Shown here one piece after another: positions 42,514 through 55,376 of a DNA stretch of 64,000 nucleotides; the stretch's first letter is position 1; each line of letters opens with the position of its first letter. The stretch comes from Planctomycetota bacterium (GTDB lineage: Bacteria > Planctomycetota > Planctomycetia > Pirellulales > UBA1268), in assembly GCA_018970605.1 (NCBI GenBank), contig JAGWWA010000004.1, positions 2,289 to 66,288 of the forward strand, given 5' to 3'. The position numbers and the translations under genes are program-made. The notes beneath the pieces are model-generated. The model was not told the origin of the DNA. It did not search any database and saw only the letters and a list, made by a program, of their open reading frames with translations.

Positions 42514-43655
42514 CGCATGCCACCGACGTGATCGTAGTGGGCGGCGGGATCATGGGCCTCGCCTTCGCGTGGGAGGCGGCCCGGCACGGCCGCCGCGTCA
42601 CCGTCCTCGAACGGAGCGACGCCGCCCGTGGGGCAAGCATCCGCAACTTCGGCATGGTCTGGCCGGTGGGGCAACTGGCCGGGGAGCGGCATACCGCCGC
42701 CATGCGAAGTCGGGCCCGCTGGCTCGAACTCCGCGACGCCGGCGCAATCTGGGCCGCTGAGTGCGGCAGCGTGCACGTCGTCTTCGAAGAGGACGAGGCT
42801 CGCGTGCTGGAAGAGTTCACCGAGCGGGCCCCCGGGCTCGGCGTCGCCTGCGACCTGCTCACCGGCGCCGAAGCAGCGCGACGATTTCCCGCGATCCCTG
42901 CCGACGCCCGGGCGGTGCTCTGGAGTCCCTCCGAACTCGCCGTTGATCCGCCCAGGGCGATCGCCGCCGTCGCGGCCCATCTCGTCGCTGCCCACGGCGT
43001 GGACATCCGCTTCTCGACCACGGTCGTCGGCATCGACATGCCCACGGTCACCACGTCGTGCGGGCAACGGTTCGCGGCGCCACTGGTGATCGTCTGCGGC
43101 GGCGCCGACTTTGAGACGCTGTTTCCCGACGTCTGGGCCGCCTCGGGCACCCGCCGCTGCAAGCTGCAGATGCTCCGCACCCGCCCGCAACCGGACGGCT
43201 GGCGGCTCGGCCCTCACGTGGCCGGCGGGCTGACACTCGCTCACTACGCCGGCTTTGAGATCTGCCCGTCTCTCCTGCACCTCAAGCGGCGACTGGCGGA
43301 GTCGCTGCCGGCCCACACGGCCGCCGGCATCCACGTGATGGCCTCGCAGAACGAGGCGGGCGAGGTGATCCTTGGCGACTCGCACGACTACGACGCGCCG
43401 CTGGATCCGTTTGACTCCGAGGCGATCGACGACCTGATTCTCGCCTATGCCCGCCGCATCCTCCGCCTCCCCGACTGGTCGATCGCCGCCCGCTGGCATG
43501 GCGTCTATGCCAAGTGCCCCGATCCGGTGCACTTCACGGCCGAGCCGCAGCGCAACTGCTTCGTGATGGGGTCGCCAGGGGGTGCCGGCATGACCCTCGC
43601 CTTCGGCCTCGCCGAGCAGTGGTGGGCCGCGCGCCACGCAGTCGGGCGCCGCTGA
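42510..43655 (+). CDS. FAD-dependent oxidoreductase, TIGR03364 (phosphonate-cluster) type
   Basis: Overlaps the phnX stop (GTGA). Dinucleotide fold DVIVVGGGIMGLAFAWEAARHGRRVTVLER. DAO-family length and pattern. The position after phnX is typical of this family. Confidence 0.83.
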   Translation: MTHATDVIVVGGGIMGLAFAWEAARHGRRVTVLERSDAARGASIRNFGMVWPVGQLAGERHTAAMRSRARWLELRDAGAIWAAECGSVHVVFEEDEARVLEEFTERAPGLGVACDLLTGAEAARRFPAIPADARAVLWSPSELAVDPPRAIAAVAAHLVAAHGVDIRFSTTVVGIDMPTVTTSCGQRFAAPLVIVCGGADFETLFPDVWAASGTRRCKLQMLRTRPQPDGWRLGPHVAGGLTLAHYAGFEICPSLLHLKRRLAESLPAHTAAGIHVMASQNEAGEVILGDSHDYDAPLDPFDSEAIDDLILAYARRILRLPDWSIAARWHGVYAKCPDPVHFTAEPQRNCFVMGSPGGAGMTLAFGLAEQWWAARHAVGRR

Positions 43656-43676
43656 GGCGGCGATCAGTCGCGGACG

Positions 43677-44531
43677 TCACTGCCCGACATCGCCGGCCGA
43701 TGCCGTCACCAGCGACACGAACACCTCCGGATCGACACTCTCCTCGATCGACCGCACGGAAGCGTCGCCAATGACGAACATGCACATCCCGGGATGGAAC
43801 GAGTAGATCTCGTTGTTGTTGTGCAGGTTCATCATCTGGCCGCCACGCTGCTCGTGGATGGCAAAGTAACTGTCTTTATCGGCCCACCGAGCGCCGCTCA
43901 CGGCGGTGCTGCCATCCGGCTTGCTACCCACATACCCCAGCGGCCGCCCCGCATCCTCGTAGAGAAGAATCGTCTTGGAGAGTCCGTCACTGACCGCCGA
44001 ACGCTTCCGGGCCTGCGGCCAGAGCATGCCCGTCCAGTTGGCGCGGGTCGTGAGTTGCTTGGCCGAAACCAGCGCGGAGTAGGCGGACGCATTGACCTGA
44101 TGACATGCGGCGTAGTCCGAGACCGGGTCAGTCCGTGCGGGCGCCGATGGGCAGACCGTGGTCGTGAGCGGCGAGGCCAGCAGCGCCTTGTTCTTGCCGA
44201 CATTCCAATCCTTGGTCCAGTCGACCTGATCGCCGATCTGCCCCTGCTCCATGTAGGAGAGGATGAAGGTGTAGAAACTGTGCCGAGCCGGAAGGGTGGC
44301 CGATCCGGCAGGCTCGGTCCATCCGGGCGGGATCTTCCGCTGGCCCGACTCATAGGCGTGCACCGCGAGGCCCGTCTGCTTGAGATTGTTGGAGCACGAC
44401 GTCCTCCGGGCCGACTCGCGTGCCGACTGCACCGCCGGCAGCAGCAGGCCGATGAGCGTGGCGATGATCGCGATCACCACCAAGAGTTCTACAAGCGTGA
44501 ACCCGCCGCATGGCCGATCGTGCCGCTTCAT
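43677..44531 (-). CDS. DUF1559 prepilin-like protein (H-x9-DA variant)
   Basis: Start at ATG 44531 ([43 protein letters not shown]). C-terminal [17 protein letters not shown]. Confidence 0.85.
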   Translation of the reverse strand: MKRHDRPCGGFTLVELLVVIAIIATLIGLLLPAVQSARESARRTSCSNNLKQTGLAVHAYESGQRKIPPGWTEPAGSATLPARHSFYTFILSYMEQGQIGDQVDWTKDWNVGKNKALLASPLTTTVCPSAPARTDPVSDYAACHQVNASAYSALVSAKQLTTRANWTGMLWPQARKRSAVSDGLSKTILLYEDAGRPLGYVGSKPDGSTAVSGARWADKDSYFAIHEQRGGQMMNLHNNNEIYSFHPGMCMFVIGDASVRSIEESVDPEVFVSLVTASAGDVGQ

Positions 44532-44554
44532 GTCCGCTCCGTTGATGGACTCCT

Positions 44555-47500
44555 TCACGAAAGCCCGCCCCGGGTCCCGTGACCATCGCGAACGGGTAGC
44601 CAGATTCGCCGTGCCCGGCACCAGGCCAGCACGGCTCCAGCAACGGCGAGCATCGCGGTTGCGGACGGCTCGGGCACCGCTGCCACGGCCGCTGCCTGAG
44701 GAGCGGGATTGAAGAGCCCCGCGTCGAACAGGCCGGTGGAGAGGAAGTCGGCGGCGTCGAGGATGTCCACAACGCCGTCGTAGCCAAAATCGCCCTCGTT
44801 CCAGTTGGCGGGCGTGCCGCTGTCAAACTTTCCGCCAGCCAGGAAGTTGGCCGCGTCGAGGATGTCGACGGTCCAGTCGAGGTTCGTGTCGCCCGGGGCG
44901 GAGAAGGCAACGCTCATCGCTCCGTCGCCGTTGTCGAGCCAGCCCAAGGTCCGCGGAATCGACTGGCCGAGAGCCGTAACGGCGGCGGACGACGTGATCC
45001 CGTGCGTGCCGTTCCACGAGCCGTCGCCGCGGCCGGCGACCAGGTCGGCCAAGAGGTCGGCCTGCCTGATGCCGCCGACGGCGATCGCAAAGCCGCCGGC
45101 GCCAAGGTCGAGCAGGCCCGCGGCCTCGTCGACGGCGAGGCTGGCAAGTGAGTGCATGGTCGCCGCCGAGGAGGAAAGAATCAGCGAGCCTCCGGCACCC
45201 ACCGAGACCGCCGGCGATCCCGCAATCGTCCCCGCACCACGAACCTCGACCCGTGCCACGCCGGTCGAGGAATCGACGGCGAGCGTGCCAGCCCGCAGCG
45301 TGCCCCCGTCCACCGTCACCTTCGGGGATCGCATCGTCACGCCGCCGGCGACGTCGAGCATGCCAGCCGACCGCACGACGACCTCGCTCGTCCCGAGAGC
45401 AGCGGCGTGCGATACTCGCAGCGTGCCGCCAGACACCGTGGTCGCGTTGGTCAGGCCGGTCGACTGCCGCAGGTCGAGCGTGCCGCTGCCCGACTTGATC
45501 ACGGCGCCGCCGCCTTCGACGGTGCCGGTGACGGCCACCAGCGTCCCGGCATCGACGACGTCGACCGTGAGGCTGGGATTGCCGATGTAGGCATACCGGC
45601 CGAAAGTGCCGGTGCCGATGCCCGATACGCGGAGCGTTACCGCGTTGCCCGCATCGCCGATCGTGAACGCGCCGTTGCCGCTCGCCGGCAGCGCCGACAC
45701 ATCGAAGTCGATGGTGCCGTTCTCGAGGTTCACCGGCAGGTCAGCCTGAAGCACCACACCCGGGCCGAACGTGACGGTGCCCGAGGTGGTCTTCTGGAGA
45801 AACTGGCTCGTCGCGAGCCGAATGAGCTGGCCTCCGCTCCCAGCGCCGGTGAAGGCCGTCTCGACCCGGCCGGACCGGAGATCCATCCGGTCGAGGTTCG
45901 TGTTGACGCCGGTCCGGGTGCCCGACATCCGCAGCGTGCCGCCGTCGAGGATCAGGCCGCCCCAGTTCTCACCCTGCTGCAGGTCGAACAAGCCGCCGGC
46001 GTTGATCGTGACGTTCGTGCTCTGCGGGAAGTCGGCGTTGCCGGGGGCTCCAAACGTGAACCGGCCGCCGTCGTTGATCACGATCGACGTCGCATTGAGG
46101 TCGCCCCCCTGACCGCGATCCTCGAGGGCGAGTTCGCCGCCGTTGACCATCACCGTGCCCGTGAAGCCGGTGCTGCTGGCGAGGATCGTGAACAACCCGG
46201 GCCCCGCCTTGACGACCGTGCCGGCTCCCGACAGCGTGCCCGAATAGGTGAGGGCGTCGCCACGATTGAAGGTGGCCGTGGCCCCGGCCGCGACCGCGAC
46301 GTTGCCGGCCAGGCCGCCGGCCGTGCCGCCGTCGCCGATCCGGAGCTCGCCGGCGTCGACGCTCGCCCCGCCGGCAAGGCTCCCCGTGACGGTCACGAGG
46401 CCTCCCGAGACGGTCACGCGACCGGTCGCGACGCCGTTGGCGACGTCGAAGGTCGCCCCCGAAGCCACCGACACCGGCCCGGCAAAACTGCCCGAGGCGA
46501 GGCCGGTGCCGATCCGCAGCGTGCCCGCGGAGATCGTCGTGGCCTGCGTGCCGGTCTTGGCGACGGCCAGCGTCACGCGGCCGGTGCCGGTCTTCGTGAT
46601 CCCACCCGAAGCGATCGCACCCGAACCCGTGATCGTGTACTCGGCTGCCGAGTTGTTGAACGTGATCTCGGCCGGCGTCACGAACTCGTCGACGGTCACG
46701 GCCGTGCCGATGGCGGTGTCGTCGAACGCGATCCGGTCACCGACCACGAAGTTGGTCGCCTGCGACGTCGACGTATCGATCCAGTTGATGGCACCGCCGA
46801 CGTCGACCGCCGAGCCGGTGTCCCAGACGGTCGAGGCATTGCCCCGCCACCGGAGCTGACCGGTGCCGAGCACGTCGAGGTCGAGACGCGTGTTGGCCGT
46901 GTCGTGAACGAGCGTCGCGAGCACCCGCGGCGGCAGCGTGCCGAGCGTGAACGAGGAGGGCACGGCGGCCCCGTCGTACTCGAGCAGCGTGAACCGGCCG
47001 ACGCCCAGCGACTGGGACGACGCCAGCGACACGGCCACGGAACCCGAGAGCGTCAGCCCGCCCGGCGTGGTGACGCTCATCAGGGGCACCGCCGGGATGC
47101 CGGGCTCGGCGAGCGTGAAGCCGAGCTTCGAGCCGACCCCGAGCGAGAGGGACGGCAGCGAGAGGGTGGTCGTGGCGGCCTGGTTGACCACCGCGAACGC
47201 CGCACCGGCGGCGACCGACCCACCCGCCACGCCGGCGTAGGGTGTCGAGCCGAGGGTGCCCGAGAGGACGGTGAACGGGCCCTCCATCGCGTTGCCGCCG
47301 GTGAACAGGAGCGTGCCCGCCCCCGCCTTCGCGATCGGACCACCGCCGGCCACAGCACCGCTGATCGAGAGGACTGCGGCAGGATTCGTGACGTCGACGG
47401 TGCCGCCCCCCGCGGCCAGCGTTACGGATCCCGAACGGAGGGCCGATCCGCCGTCGTAGACCAAGGTGCCCGCGGTCGAGGCGCCGCCGAGCGTGAGCGG

Positions 47501-50500
47501 GCCGCTGCCGACGTTCGCGGCAGCGACGATCCGCAGCGTGCCATCCTCGACGGTCAGCCCGCCGGTCGAGGTGATCGAGGCCGACCCGTCGACCGTCACG
47601 ACGCCCGCGGTCGACTTCACGATCGCCGCCGCGCCGCCGACCACGAAGCCCTGTGTGCCGCTGCCGGTGAGCCGGCCGGAGGTCCAGATCTGCACCGTCG
47701 GCGTTCCACTCGACGTGATGCTCCCCTGTTGCACGTCGATCTCGCCGCCCAGCAGGTGGACGCCGCCGAGATCCTCCCCCTCCTGCCAGACCACGCGGCC
47801 GCCCGCATTGGCCGTGATGAAGGTCGTCGTCGGCAGGTCCGGGTTACCGATCTGGTTGTTGCCGAACTGGAACGTGCCGCCGTTGTTGACCACGATCGCG
47901 GTCGGAGCGAGGTCGCCGCCTGCACCCGGATCCTCTATCCGCACCTCGCCGGCGTTGATGGTCACCGAGCCGGTGAAGCCGTTGTTCGAGGCGGTGAACG
48001 TCGTCCGACCGCTGCCCGACTGCACGATCGCGCCCGAGCCGGAGATCGAGCCGCCGAAGACCAGCCCATCGGCCTGGTCGAAGCGGATCGTGCCGGCCGG
48101 GTTGACGACGAGCCCGCCGGTCAGAGCCGGTGCGGGACCGCCGGCACCGATGGAGAGCACGCCTCCGCTGACCGTGGCGATGGAGGCGAGGCTGCCCGAG
48201 GCGATCGTCGCCGACCCGCCGGTGACGGTGATCCCGCCGGCGATCGAGCCGTTGCGGAGCGTGAAGCCCCCGGAACCGCTCACCGCGAGCGGAGCCGCGA
48301 TGGTCACGGCGGTCGAGCCGTCGCCGGCCTGGAGCGTGCCCCCGGCCACGGTCATCGCGCCGCTCGAGGAGTTGGACACGAGCAGCGCGAGCGATCCGGC
48401 GCCCTGCTTCCGCAGGACCCCACCGCCGGTGATCGCCCCCGTGCCGCCGAACGAATAGGCGACCGCCGCGTTGTCCACGAGGATCGAGCCCGGGGCCACG
48501 TCGCCGGCGAGGGCCACGCTGCCGACGACCGACGAGTCGTCGAAGATCACCTGGTCGCCGGTCACGAAGTTCGTCCCGAGCGAACTCGACGCCAGTTCCC
48601 AATTGCGGGTGCCGCCGACATCCGCTGCAGTGCCGGCGTCCCATGTGGTCGACAGGTCGCCGACCCACCGCACCGAGTCGACGCCCGTGATGTCGAGGTC
48701 GATCGACGTGTTCGTCGTGTCGTACACCAGCGTGCCGGCCAGCCGGGCCGGCAGGGCGGCGAGCGAGAAGCCGCTCGAGATCGGCGCACCCTCGTAGTTG
48801 ACGAGCGTGAACCGGCCCGCCTGGAGCGCGCCTGTCGTCTGCACCGCAATCGTGTGGGCGCCGCCGGAGGTCACGAGCCCGTCGGCCGTCGTCACGCTGA
48901 GCAGCGGCACGACCGGATTTCCGGCCGACGCCAGATCGAACCGCAGGCCGGAGGCGCCTGCACCGAGCGTGAGCGTGGGCAGCGTGAGCGTGGTCTCGGA
49001 GCCGGTATTGACGACCGCAAACGACGCGCCGTTGGCGACCGTCACCGCCGGCGCCGCAAACGGACTGAGGCCCAGCGTACCCGACGAAACCGTGATCGGC
49101 CCGGAGAAGGCGTGCCCGCCGATCAGGTCGACGCGGCCGGGCCCCACGTTCCGCAGCGCGCCCGAGCCCGACAGGGCACCGGCCACCGTCAGCCGGCCGG
49201 CCCGGTTGAACTCGAGGATCGCCCCGCCGTCCACCGCGATGGGGCCCGCGATGCCCCCCGCGGTGCCGCCGGCACCGATCCGCAGCGTGCCGGCCGTGAT
49301 CGCGGTGCCGCCGGTGAAGTCGTTGTCAGTCGCGAGCGTCGCCGTGCCCGTGCCCGACTTCACGAGGCTGCCGCCGCCGGTGATGCGGCCCGCCCCAGTG
49401 AACGACTGGCTGCGGCTGCCCACGTCGAGCGTCACCCGCTGCGGTGACACGGCTTCGGCGATCGTGACCGCAATCGGGCCGGACCCGGCCGCCGAATCGT
49501 TGAACACGACACGGTCGGTGTCGATGAAGTTCGTGGCCGAGCCGCCGGTCTGGAGGAGCCAGTTCTGCGTGCCGCCGCTGCCCACCGCCGACCCGCGATC
49601 CCAGGTCGACGATGCGTTGCCCTTCCAGACGAGCGAGTCGAGCGTGTACGTGACGCGGAGATCGGGCCGCCGGTTGGCGTCGGACGCGGTCGGGCCGCCG
49701 AACACCCACCCATCGGTGGTCGCCGCCCGCAGCAGGAGGCCATTGTTCGCGGCGCCGGCCTTCCAGTCGTTCACGGTGGAGGTGATGTCGAACCAGCCCT
49801 GGGCGTTCTTGCCGAGCGCCACCGCGCTGCCCGAGGTGACGGCCACGTAATCGATGCCCGACACCGGGCCGCTCGAGCCGGTGCCATACGCCGAGTAGGT
49901 CGTCGTGCCACCCCACGACGAGAGCATGCGGTAAGCGTAGTAGGGTCCGCCCGACTCATCGTTGGAGGCGTTGCCTGTCGTGGGCACGAACCACGACTTG
50001 AGCACCGCGGCCCGCAGCGGCACCTGACCGGCACCGGACCCGAAGATGCCATCGTACTTCACGATCGCGAGGAGGTCAGGGCTGCCCGCGTCGCCCGGCG
50101 GGTTGCCGCCGGTCGGGCCGTCGAGCGTGATCGTCGTGCCGGCCGTCACGTCGAGCGTGGCGTTCGTGAGGCCGTGGAGCGTGATCCCCGAGAATCCGGC
50201 GTAGCCCGCGACACCAGGCTTGATCGAGGTGGTGATCGTGGGCGTGGTGGTGTAGGTGACCGACAGCTTCGGGCGGTAGGCGACGGTCGCATCGGCCGAG
50301 CCGAACACCTGCCAGGCGTCGGTCGTGTGGGCCTGCACCACCATGCCGTTGTTGGCGAGCGTGCCGTCGGCCCACTGCTGCACGAGCGGCGCGACAAAGG
50401 CGGAGTAGAAGGTGTTCTGCGCCGGGGCGCGGTAGCCGGCGAGCGGGAGGGTGGCAAGGCCGTTGGCGTAGGTCGGGCCGTTGGTCATGATCGTGCCGTT

Positions 50501-53500
50501 GCCGGTGCCGAGATCGTTCAGCGTGGCCGCCGCCGAGAACGGCACCTTCATGCCGCCGATCACGAAGGTGCCGGCCGACTGCGAGTTGCTGTTGCCCGTG
50601 GTGCGGAGCGTGAGTTGGGCGTCGAGAATCGTGGCGCCCGCCGGGATCAACCCGGCGGTGGACCCGAAGATGGACTCGTACTTCAGGAAGAACTGCCGCT
50701 CCGTGCCGTCGCCGCTCGACACCCCGTCGATACCGACGGTGGTCACGGTGCTGGTGGCGGAGGCATTGCCGATCGAGGCCTCGGTGATTCCCGCGTAGGT
50801 GGTCGAGGTGCCGGTGAGGGTGGCACCCTGCTGGAAGGTGACGGTCGTCTGAGCCTCGGCCGTGCTCCCCGCGAGCAGCGCCGCCAGCGCGGCCGCCGCG
50901 GCGGCCCGGCGGAGGCGTCGCCCCGCCCAGGCTGCCACGGCGGCGATGGCAAGGATCGCGGTGATGCCGGGCTCCGGCACGATCACGAACTGGCTGTTGT
51001 GGTTGACGACGGCCCAGGTGCTGTTCGCCGACGGATCCCGGCCGTAGGCGCCCACGTAGGCCGAGAGGTCGCCGCCATACTGCGTCTGGAAGTCGGTAAA
51101 GCTGCCGAGGTAGCCCTGCTGCGCCGGGATCGCGTTGTTTCCCGTGTTGCCCAGGGTGGCGTTCACCCAGTTCGCCGCCGTACCCGACGACGCGTTCCAG
51201 CCGAGGGCGAGCGTCGCCGCGGTGCCGGCGTCGAGCCCCGAGGCGTAGGTCATCGACAGCACGAACGGCGTGGTGCCGGTGGCCGAAGTGAGTTCGAGGA
51301 CATCCGAGAACAGGCCGGACTGGGTCGGCAGCCAGGTCATCGAGACCGTGCCGCCCCCTGCCGCGACCGAGCCGGAAAGAATCGATGCCGACGTAGCCGC
51401 GGAGGCCGACCGGAAGCCGGCGAGGCTGCTGCCGGCAGCCAGCGGCAGGCTTCCACCCGACGCCACCGACACGCTGCCGCCCGGTTCGGTCGTCACCGCG
51501 AAGCCGCCGAGGTCGAGCGTGGTGGCGACCGTCAGGAAGCCGCCGTTGCCAACGAGCACGTTGCCGGTGCCGAGCGCCCGCGGCACGCCGGCCGTGAGCG
51601 AGCCCGACGCGATCGTCGTGCCGCCGGTGAAGTTGCCCGATCCGCTCAGGAGGAGCGTGCCGAGCCCGGTCTTCACGAGCGAGCCCGTGCCCGTGAGGCC
51701 GGTGGGCAGCGTGAGCACGGCCGCCGCGTCGGTCACGGCGATCCCGCCGACGCCGCCGAGCGTGAACGCGCCCGACCGCGAGGCCGTCGCACCGTCGTAG
51801 CGATACGTGCCGGAGGTGCCGTCCGCTCCGAGCGTCACACTGCCGGAGCCGAGGTTCAGGGCCGAGGCGAACCGCATGGTGCCCTCGCGGATCGCGATCC
51901 CGCCGGTGGTGGTGATCGATGCCGACCCGGTGACGAGCACCTCGCCGGCCGTCGTCTTGACGATCGGCCCCGTCCCGCCGATGGCGTACGTCGCCCCCGT
52001 GAGCGTGCCGCTCGTCCAGCCGCTCGTGGCGGTGGTCCCGGAGAAGTTCATGCCCCCCTGCTGCAGGTCGACGAGGGCTCCCTGGAGGTGCATTCCGCCG
52101 AAGTCCTCCGGCTCCTGCCAGACCACGAGTCCGCCGGTGTTGGCCGTGATGTAGGTCGTGTTCGGCAGGTCCGGATTGCCCAGCGTGGCATTGCCGAACT
52201 GGAACGTGCCGCCGTCGTTGACCACGATCGCCGTGGCCCCGAAGTCGCCGCCGAGCCCCTGGTCGTCGATCCGCACCTCGCCGCCGTCGATCGTCAGCGC
52301 ACCGATGAACGAGTTGCTACTGGCGGTGAAGGTGACGCGGCCGGCACCAGACTTCGCGATCGCCCCGCTGCCCGAGAGCACGCCGCCGTACGTGATCGTG
52401 CCGGTGTTGACGAACGCCAGCGTCCCGCCGTCAGCCACCGAGACGTTGCCGGCGAGTCCACCGTCGCCGATGCCCAGCCGACCCGCGGTGATCGTGGCGC
52501 CGGATTCGAACGTGCCGGCACCGAACGAGGCCGTGCCACCGCTCACGGTGACGAGGCCCGCAACCGTGCCGGACGTGAACGTGGCCGTCCCGGCCGAGAC
52601 CCCGAGCGTGCCGGCGAGCCGCGAGTTGCGGACGTCGAGCAGGCCGCCCGCCACGCTCACGTTGCCGGCCACGTTTACGGCCGTCGAGGCATCCCCGAGC
52701 TGCAGCGTGCCAGCCGACACCAAGGTGCCGCCAGAGGAAGAGTTGGAGACGAGCAGCGTCATCCGGCCGGTGCCGCTCTTCGTGAACACGCCCGAGCCGC
52801 CGATCGACCCCGGGCCGCCGAGCGTGTAGTCGAGCGTCGCGTTGCTCGCCGCGATCGCACCGGGCGCGACGACACCCACGATCGACACCGTGCCACTGGA
52901 GGCGGAGTCGTCGAAGCCGACCTGGTCGCCCGTGTAGAAGTTGGTGACCGTGGTGCCCGTCGAGGCAAGCACCCAGTCGAAGGCGCCGCCCACGTCCACC
53001 GCCGCGCCGGTGTCCCACGTGGTCGAGCTGCCCCCCTTCCACCGCAGCGTGTCGACGCCCGTGATGTCGAGGTCGATGGTCGTGGCCGTCGTGTCGTAGA
53101 CGAGGGTTCCGGTCAGCCGCTGGGGCAGGGGGGCGAGCGTGAAACCGGACGAGATCCCGGCGCCGGCGTAGTCGACAAGCGTGAATCGCCCGACTCCGAG
53201 CGCGCCAGTCGACGCGAGCGAGATCGTCTGGCCGCCTCCGCCGAGCGTCAGGCCGTCGGCCTGCGTCACCGAGAGCAGCGGCACGGCGGGATTCGACGCG
53301 GCCGCCAGCTCGAAGCCGAGTGTCGAGCCGGCCGCTCCAAGGGCGAGCGTGGGCGTCGTGAAGGTCGTGGCCGTCGCGCCGCTGGAGGCGGCGAAGGTGG
53401 CGCCGTTCGCCACGGTCACACCTCCGACGCCGCTGCTGCCCGAGCCGAGCACGAGCGTGCCGGCAGCAACCGACACCGGGCCCGCGAAGGCGATCGGCGC

Positions 53501-55297
53501 CGAGAGAGCCACGCGGCCCGCCCCGGCCTTCACGATCGCCCCGCTGCCGGTCACCGCGCCGGTCATGGTAACGCTGCCCGTTCGGTTGAAGGCCAGCGTG
53601 GCCCCGGAGGCGACGGCGATGCGGCCGGCGAGCGATCCGGTCGCGCCGCCGTCACCGAGCTGCAGCGTGCCCGCCGACACCGTCGTGCCGCCCGTGAAGT
53701 CGTTGTCGGTGGCGAGCACGGCGAGGCCCGTGCCGGTCTTCTCGAGCAGGCCCGCGCCCGTGATCCGGCCGGAGCCGGTGAACGTGTACCCCCGCGAGGC
53801 CACGTCGATCGTCGTCCGCTGCGGAGCAACGGCGGCGGCGATCACCACGGCCACGGACCCTTCGCCGGTGGCGTTGGCGTTGAACACCACGCGGTCGGTG
53901 TCGATGAAGTTGGTGGCCGTGCCGGCCGTCTGCAACTGCCAGTTCGGCGTGCCGCCGACGCCGACCGCCGAGCCCTTGTTCCACGTCGTCGAGGAAGCCC
54001 CGGTCCAGACGAGCGAATCGATCACATACGCCGTGCGGAGATCCGGCCGGCGGCCCGCGTCCGAGTTGCCGCCGCCGCCGACCACCCAGCCGTCGGTGGT
54101 GGCCGCCTTGACCAGCAGACCGTTGTTGGCCGCGCCTCCCTGCCACGCCGCCACGGCCGACGTGACGTCGATCCACGCCTGCGCATTCTGCGACATGGCG
54201 TTCGCGGTGCCCGTCGCCGCCGCGACGTAGTCGGTGCCCGCGACCGGGCCGCTCGACCCGGTGCCGAAGCTCGCGTACGTCGTCGTGCCTCCCCACGCTG
54301 TCAGCATCCGGTGCACGCTGTAGGGACCCGCCGACTGGTCGTTGGAGCCGTTGCCGGTGGTGAGCACGAGCCAGCTCTTCGCGATGCTCGCCCGCACCGG
54401 CACCTGATCGGCCGCCGACCCCACTACGCCGTCGAACTTCAGGAACCCGAGCAGATCGGGGCTGCCGGCGTCGCCCGGGGGCGTGCCGCCGGTGGGCCCG
54501 TCGAGTGCGATCGTGGAGGCTGCGGTCGCATCGGTGGTCAGACCGGAGACGCCGTTCATCGTCACGGCCGTCAGCCCCTGGTAGCCTCCCACACCCTGCT
54601 TGAGCGACGCAGTCGTCGTCGGCTGGGCGGTGTAGGTGACGGCCAGCTGAGGCCGATTCGCGACGGTCGCGTTGGCGATTCCGCCCAGGACCCACGCATC
54701 GGTGGTCTGCGCCTGGACGACGAATCCGTTGTTGGCAAGGGTGCCATCAGCCCACTGCTGCACGAGCCCGGGGCCGAGCGGGATGGCGTAGGCGGTGTTC
54801 AACGCCGGCGCCCGCAGCGAGCCATAGCCAATCGTCGCATTCCCGTTGGCGTAAGTCGGGCCGTTGGTTCCGGGCGCACCCGTGCCGGTGCCGAACTGCG
54901 TGATCGACGTGCCGGACGTGTACGACGTTCGCATCCCGGAGAACAGGAAGTAGCCGCCGCTGTTGTCGTTGGTCGCACTGCCCGTCGTCACGCGGAGCGA
55001 GGCTTCGAGGATGGTGGCCCCGGCGGGAATCTGCCCCGCGCCGCCCCCGAAGATCGAGCCGAAGGTCAGGAAGTACTGCGACTCCGTGTTGTCGCCGGCG
55101 TTCGAGCCATCCACGTTGGCCGTGACCCGCGACGACGTGCCGCCCGTCATGTTGATCTGGCGATCGACGGCGCCGGAGTAGCCGGCGGTCCCCTGCTGGA
55201 AAGTGACCGTGGACGTCGTCACGGCCTGCGCCAGGGCGACGGCAGGCAGGCAGGCGAGGACACCGAACAGGGCTGAAGTGCGTCGGAACCCGATCAT
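44555..55297 (-). CDS. giant surface protein ORF (3580 aa): two tandem paralogous units, each signal peptide + 2 DNRLRE/CBM96-like domains + long PATR beta-strand repeat arrays + PEP-CTERM
   Basis: Start at ATG 55297 ([25 protein letters not shown]). The track start at 55603 would overlap the lipoprotein gene. There is an internal [25 protein letters not shown], and the C-terminus has dockerin-like repeats plus [24 protein letters not shown]. Confidence 0.8.
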   Translation of the reverse strand: MIGFRRTSALFGVLACLPAVALAQAVTTSTVTFQQGTAGYSGAVDRQINMTGGTSSRVTANVDGSNAGDNTESQYFLTFGSIFGGGAGQIPAGATILEASLRVTTGSATNDNSGGYFLFSGMRTSYTSGTSITQFGTGTGAPGTNGPTYANGNATIGYGSLRAPALNTAYAIPLGPGLVQQWADGTLANNGFVVQAQTTDAWVLGGIANATVANRPQLAVTYTAQPTTTASLKQGVGGYQGLTAVTMNGVSGLTTDATAASTIALDGPTGGTPPGDAGSPDLLGFLKFDGVVGSAADQVPVRASIAKSWLVLTTGNGSNDQSAGPYSVHRMLTAWGGTTTYASFGTGSSGPVAGTDYVAAATGTANAMSQNAQAWIDVTSAVAAWQGGAANNGLLVKAATTDGWVVGGGGNSDAGRRPDLRTAYVIDSLVWTGASSTTWNKGSAVGVGGTPNWQLQTAGTATNFIDTDRVVFNANATGEGSVAVVIAAAVAPQRTTIDVASRGYTFTGSGRITGAGLLEKTGTGLAVLATDNDFTGGTTVSAGTLQLGDGGATGSLAGRIAVASGATLAFNRTGSVTMTGAVTGSGAIVKAGAGRVALSAPIAFAGPVSVAAGTLVLGSGSSGVGGVTVANGATFAASSGATATTFTTPTLALGAAGSTLGFELAAASNPAVPLLSVTQADGLTLGGGGQTISLASTGALGVGRFTLVDYAGAGISSGFTLAPLPQRLTGTLVYDTTATTIDLDITGVDTLRWKGGSSTTWDTGAAVDVGGAFDWVLASTGTTVTNFYTGDQVGFDDSASSGTVSIVGVVAPGAIAASNATLDYTLGGPGSIGGSGVFTKSGTGRMTLLVSNSSSGGTLVSAGTLQLGDASTAVNVAGNVSVAGGLLDVRNSRLAGTLGVSAGTATFTSGTVAGLVTVSGGTASFGAGTFESGATITAGRLGIGDGGLAGNVSVADGGTLAFVNTGTITYGGVLSGSGAIAKSGAGRVTFTASSNSFIGALTIDGGEVRIDDQGLGGDFGATAIVVNDGGTFQFGNATLGNPDLPNTTYITANTGGLVVWQEPEDFGGMHLQGALVDLQQGGMNFSGTTATSGWTSGTLTGATYAIGGTGPIVKTTAGEVLVTGSASITTTGGIAIREGTMRFASALNLGSGSVTLGADGTSGTYRYDGATASRSGAFTLGGVGGIAVTDAAAVLTLPTGLTGTGSLVKTGLGTLLLSGSGNFTGGTTIASGSLTAGVPRALGTGNVLVGNGGFLTVATTLDLGGFAVTTEPGGSVSVASGGSLPLAAGSSLAGFRSASAATSASILSGSVAAGGGTVSMTWLPTQSGLFSDVLELTSATGTTPFVLSMTYASGLDAGTAATLALGWNASSGTAANWVNATLGNTGNNAIPAQQGYLGSFTDFQTQYGGDLSAYVGAYGRDPSANSTWAVVNHNSQFVIVPEPGITAILAIAAVAAWAGRRLRRAAAAAALAALLAGSTAEAQTTVTFQQGATLTGTSTTYAGITEASIGNASATSTVTTVGIDGVSSGDGTERQFFLKYESIFGSTAGLIPAGATILDAQLTLRTTGNSNSQSAGTFVIGGMKVPFSAAATLNDLGTGNGTIMTNGPTYANGLATLPLAGYRAPAQNTFYSAFVAPLVQQWADGTLANNGMVVQAHTTDAWQVFGSADATVAYRPKLSVTYTTTPTITTSIKPGVAGYAGFSGITLHGLTNATLDVTAGTTITLDGPTGGNPPGDAGSPDLLAIVKYDGIFGSGAGQVPLRAAVLKSWFVPTTGNASNDESGGPYYAYRMLSSWGGTTTYSAYGTGSSGPVSGIDYVAVTSGSAVALGKNAQGWFDITSTVNDWKAGAANNGLLLRAATTDGWVFGGPTASDANRRPDLRVTYTLDSLVWKGNASSTWDRGSAVGSGGTQNWLLQTGGSATNFIDTDRVVFNDSAAGSGPIAVTIAEAVSPQRVTLDVGSRSQSFTGAGRITGGGSLVKSGTGTATLATDNDFTGGTAITAGTLRIGAGGTAGGIAGPIAVDGGAILEFNRAGRLTVAGALSGSGALRNVGPGRVDLIGGHAFSGPITVSSGTLGLSPFAAPAVTVANGASFAVVNTGSETTLTLPTLTLGAGASGLRFDLASAGNPVVPLLSVTTADGLVTSGGAHTIAVQTTGALQAGRFTLVNYEGAPISSGFSLAALPARLAGTLVYDTTNTSIDLDITGVDSVRWVGDLSTTWDAGTAADVGGTRNWELASSSLGTNFVTGDQVIFDDSSVVGSVALAGDVAPGSILVDNAAVAYSFGGTGAITGGGVLRKQGAGSLALLVSNSSSGAMTVAGGTLQAGDGSTAVTIAAPLAVSGSGGFTLRNGSIAGGITVTGGSATIASGSLASIATVSGGVLSIGAGGPAPALTGGLVVNPAGTIRFDQADGLVFGGSISGSGAIVQSGSGRTTFTASNNGFTGSVTINAGEVRIEDPGAGGDLAPTAIVVNNGGTFQFGNNQIGNPDLPTTTFITANAGGRVVWQEGEDLGGVHLLGGEIDVQQGSITSSGTPTVQIWTSGRLTGSGTQGFVVGGAAAIVKSTAGVVTVDGSASITSTGGLTVEDGTLRIVAAANVGSGPLTLGGASTAGTLVYDGGSALRSGSVTLAAGGGTVDVTNPAAVLSISGAVAGGGPIAKAGAGTLLFTGGNAMEGPFTVLSGTLGSTPYAGVAGGSVAAGAAFAVVNQAATTTLSLPSLSLGVGSKLGFTLAEPGIPAVPLMSVTTPGGLTLSGSVAVSLASSQSLGVGRFTLLEYDGAAVPSSFTLGTLPPRVLATLVHDTANTRLDLDVLGTGQLRWRGNASTVWDTGSAVDVGGAINWIDTSTSQATNFVVGDRIAFDDTAIGTAVTVDEFVTPAEITFNNSAAEYTITGSGAIASGGITKTGTGRVTLAVAKTGTQATTISAGTLRIGTGLASGSFAGPVSVASGATFDVANGVATGRVTVSGGLVTVTGSLAGGASVDAGELRIGDGGTAGGLAGNVAVAAGATATFNRGDALTYSGTLSGAGTVVKAGPGLFTILASSTGFTGTVMVNGGELALEDRGQGGDLNATSIVINDGGRFTFGAPGNADFPQSTNVTINAGGLFDLQQGENWGGLILDGGTLRMSGTRTGVNTNLDRMDLRSGRVETAFTGAGSGGQLIRLATSQFLQKTTSGTVTFGPGVVLQADLPVNLENGTIDFDVSALPASGNGAFTIGDAGNAVTLRVSGIGTGTFGRYAYIGNPSLTVDVVDAGTLVAVTGTVEGGGAVIKSGSGTLDLRQSTGLTNATTVSGGTLRVSHAAALGTSEVVVRSAGMLDVAGGVTMRSPKVTVDGGTLRAGTLAVDSSTGVARVEVRGAGTIAGSPAVSVGAGGSLILSSSAATMHSLASLAVDEAAGLLDLGAGGFAIAVGGIRQADLLADLVAGRGDGSWNGTHGITSSAAVTALGQSIPRTLGWLDNGDGAMSVAFSAPGDTNLDWTVDILDAANFLAGGKFDSGTPANWNEGDFGYDGVVDILDAADFLSTGLFDAGLFNPAPQAAAVAAVPEPSATAMLAVAGAVLAWCRARRIWLPVRDGHGTRGGLS

Positions 55298-55376
55298 GGT
55301 GACACCTGGGGGGGAACGTGTGCGATGCGAAACGAGGCGGGCGGACAGCAGGATCGACGGGCAGCCACGGGGCTCG

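Noticed and set aside
45152-55276. Two huge + strand ORFs (45152..49447, 1431 aa; 50174..55276, 1700 aa) opposite the giant surface gene
   Set aside because: These are mirror images of the Gly/Thr/Ala-rich repeat gene on the minus strand. Their products are runs of R, G, D, A and P without structure. The minus-strand frame carries a signal peptide, PATR repeats and PEP-CTERM signals.
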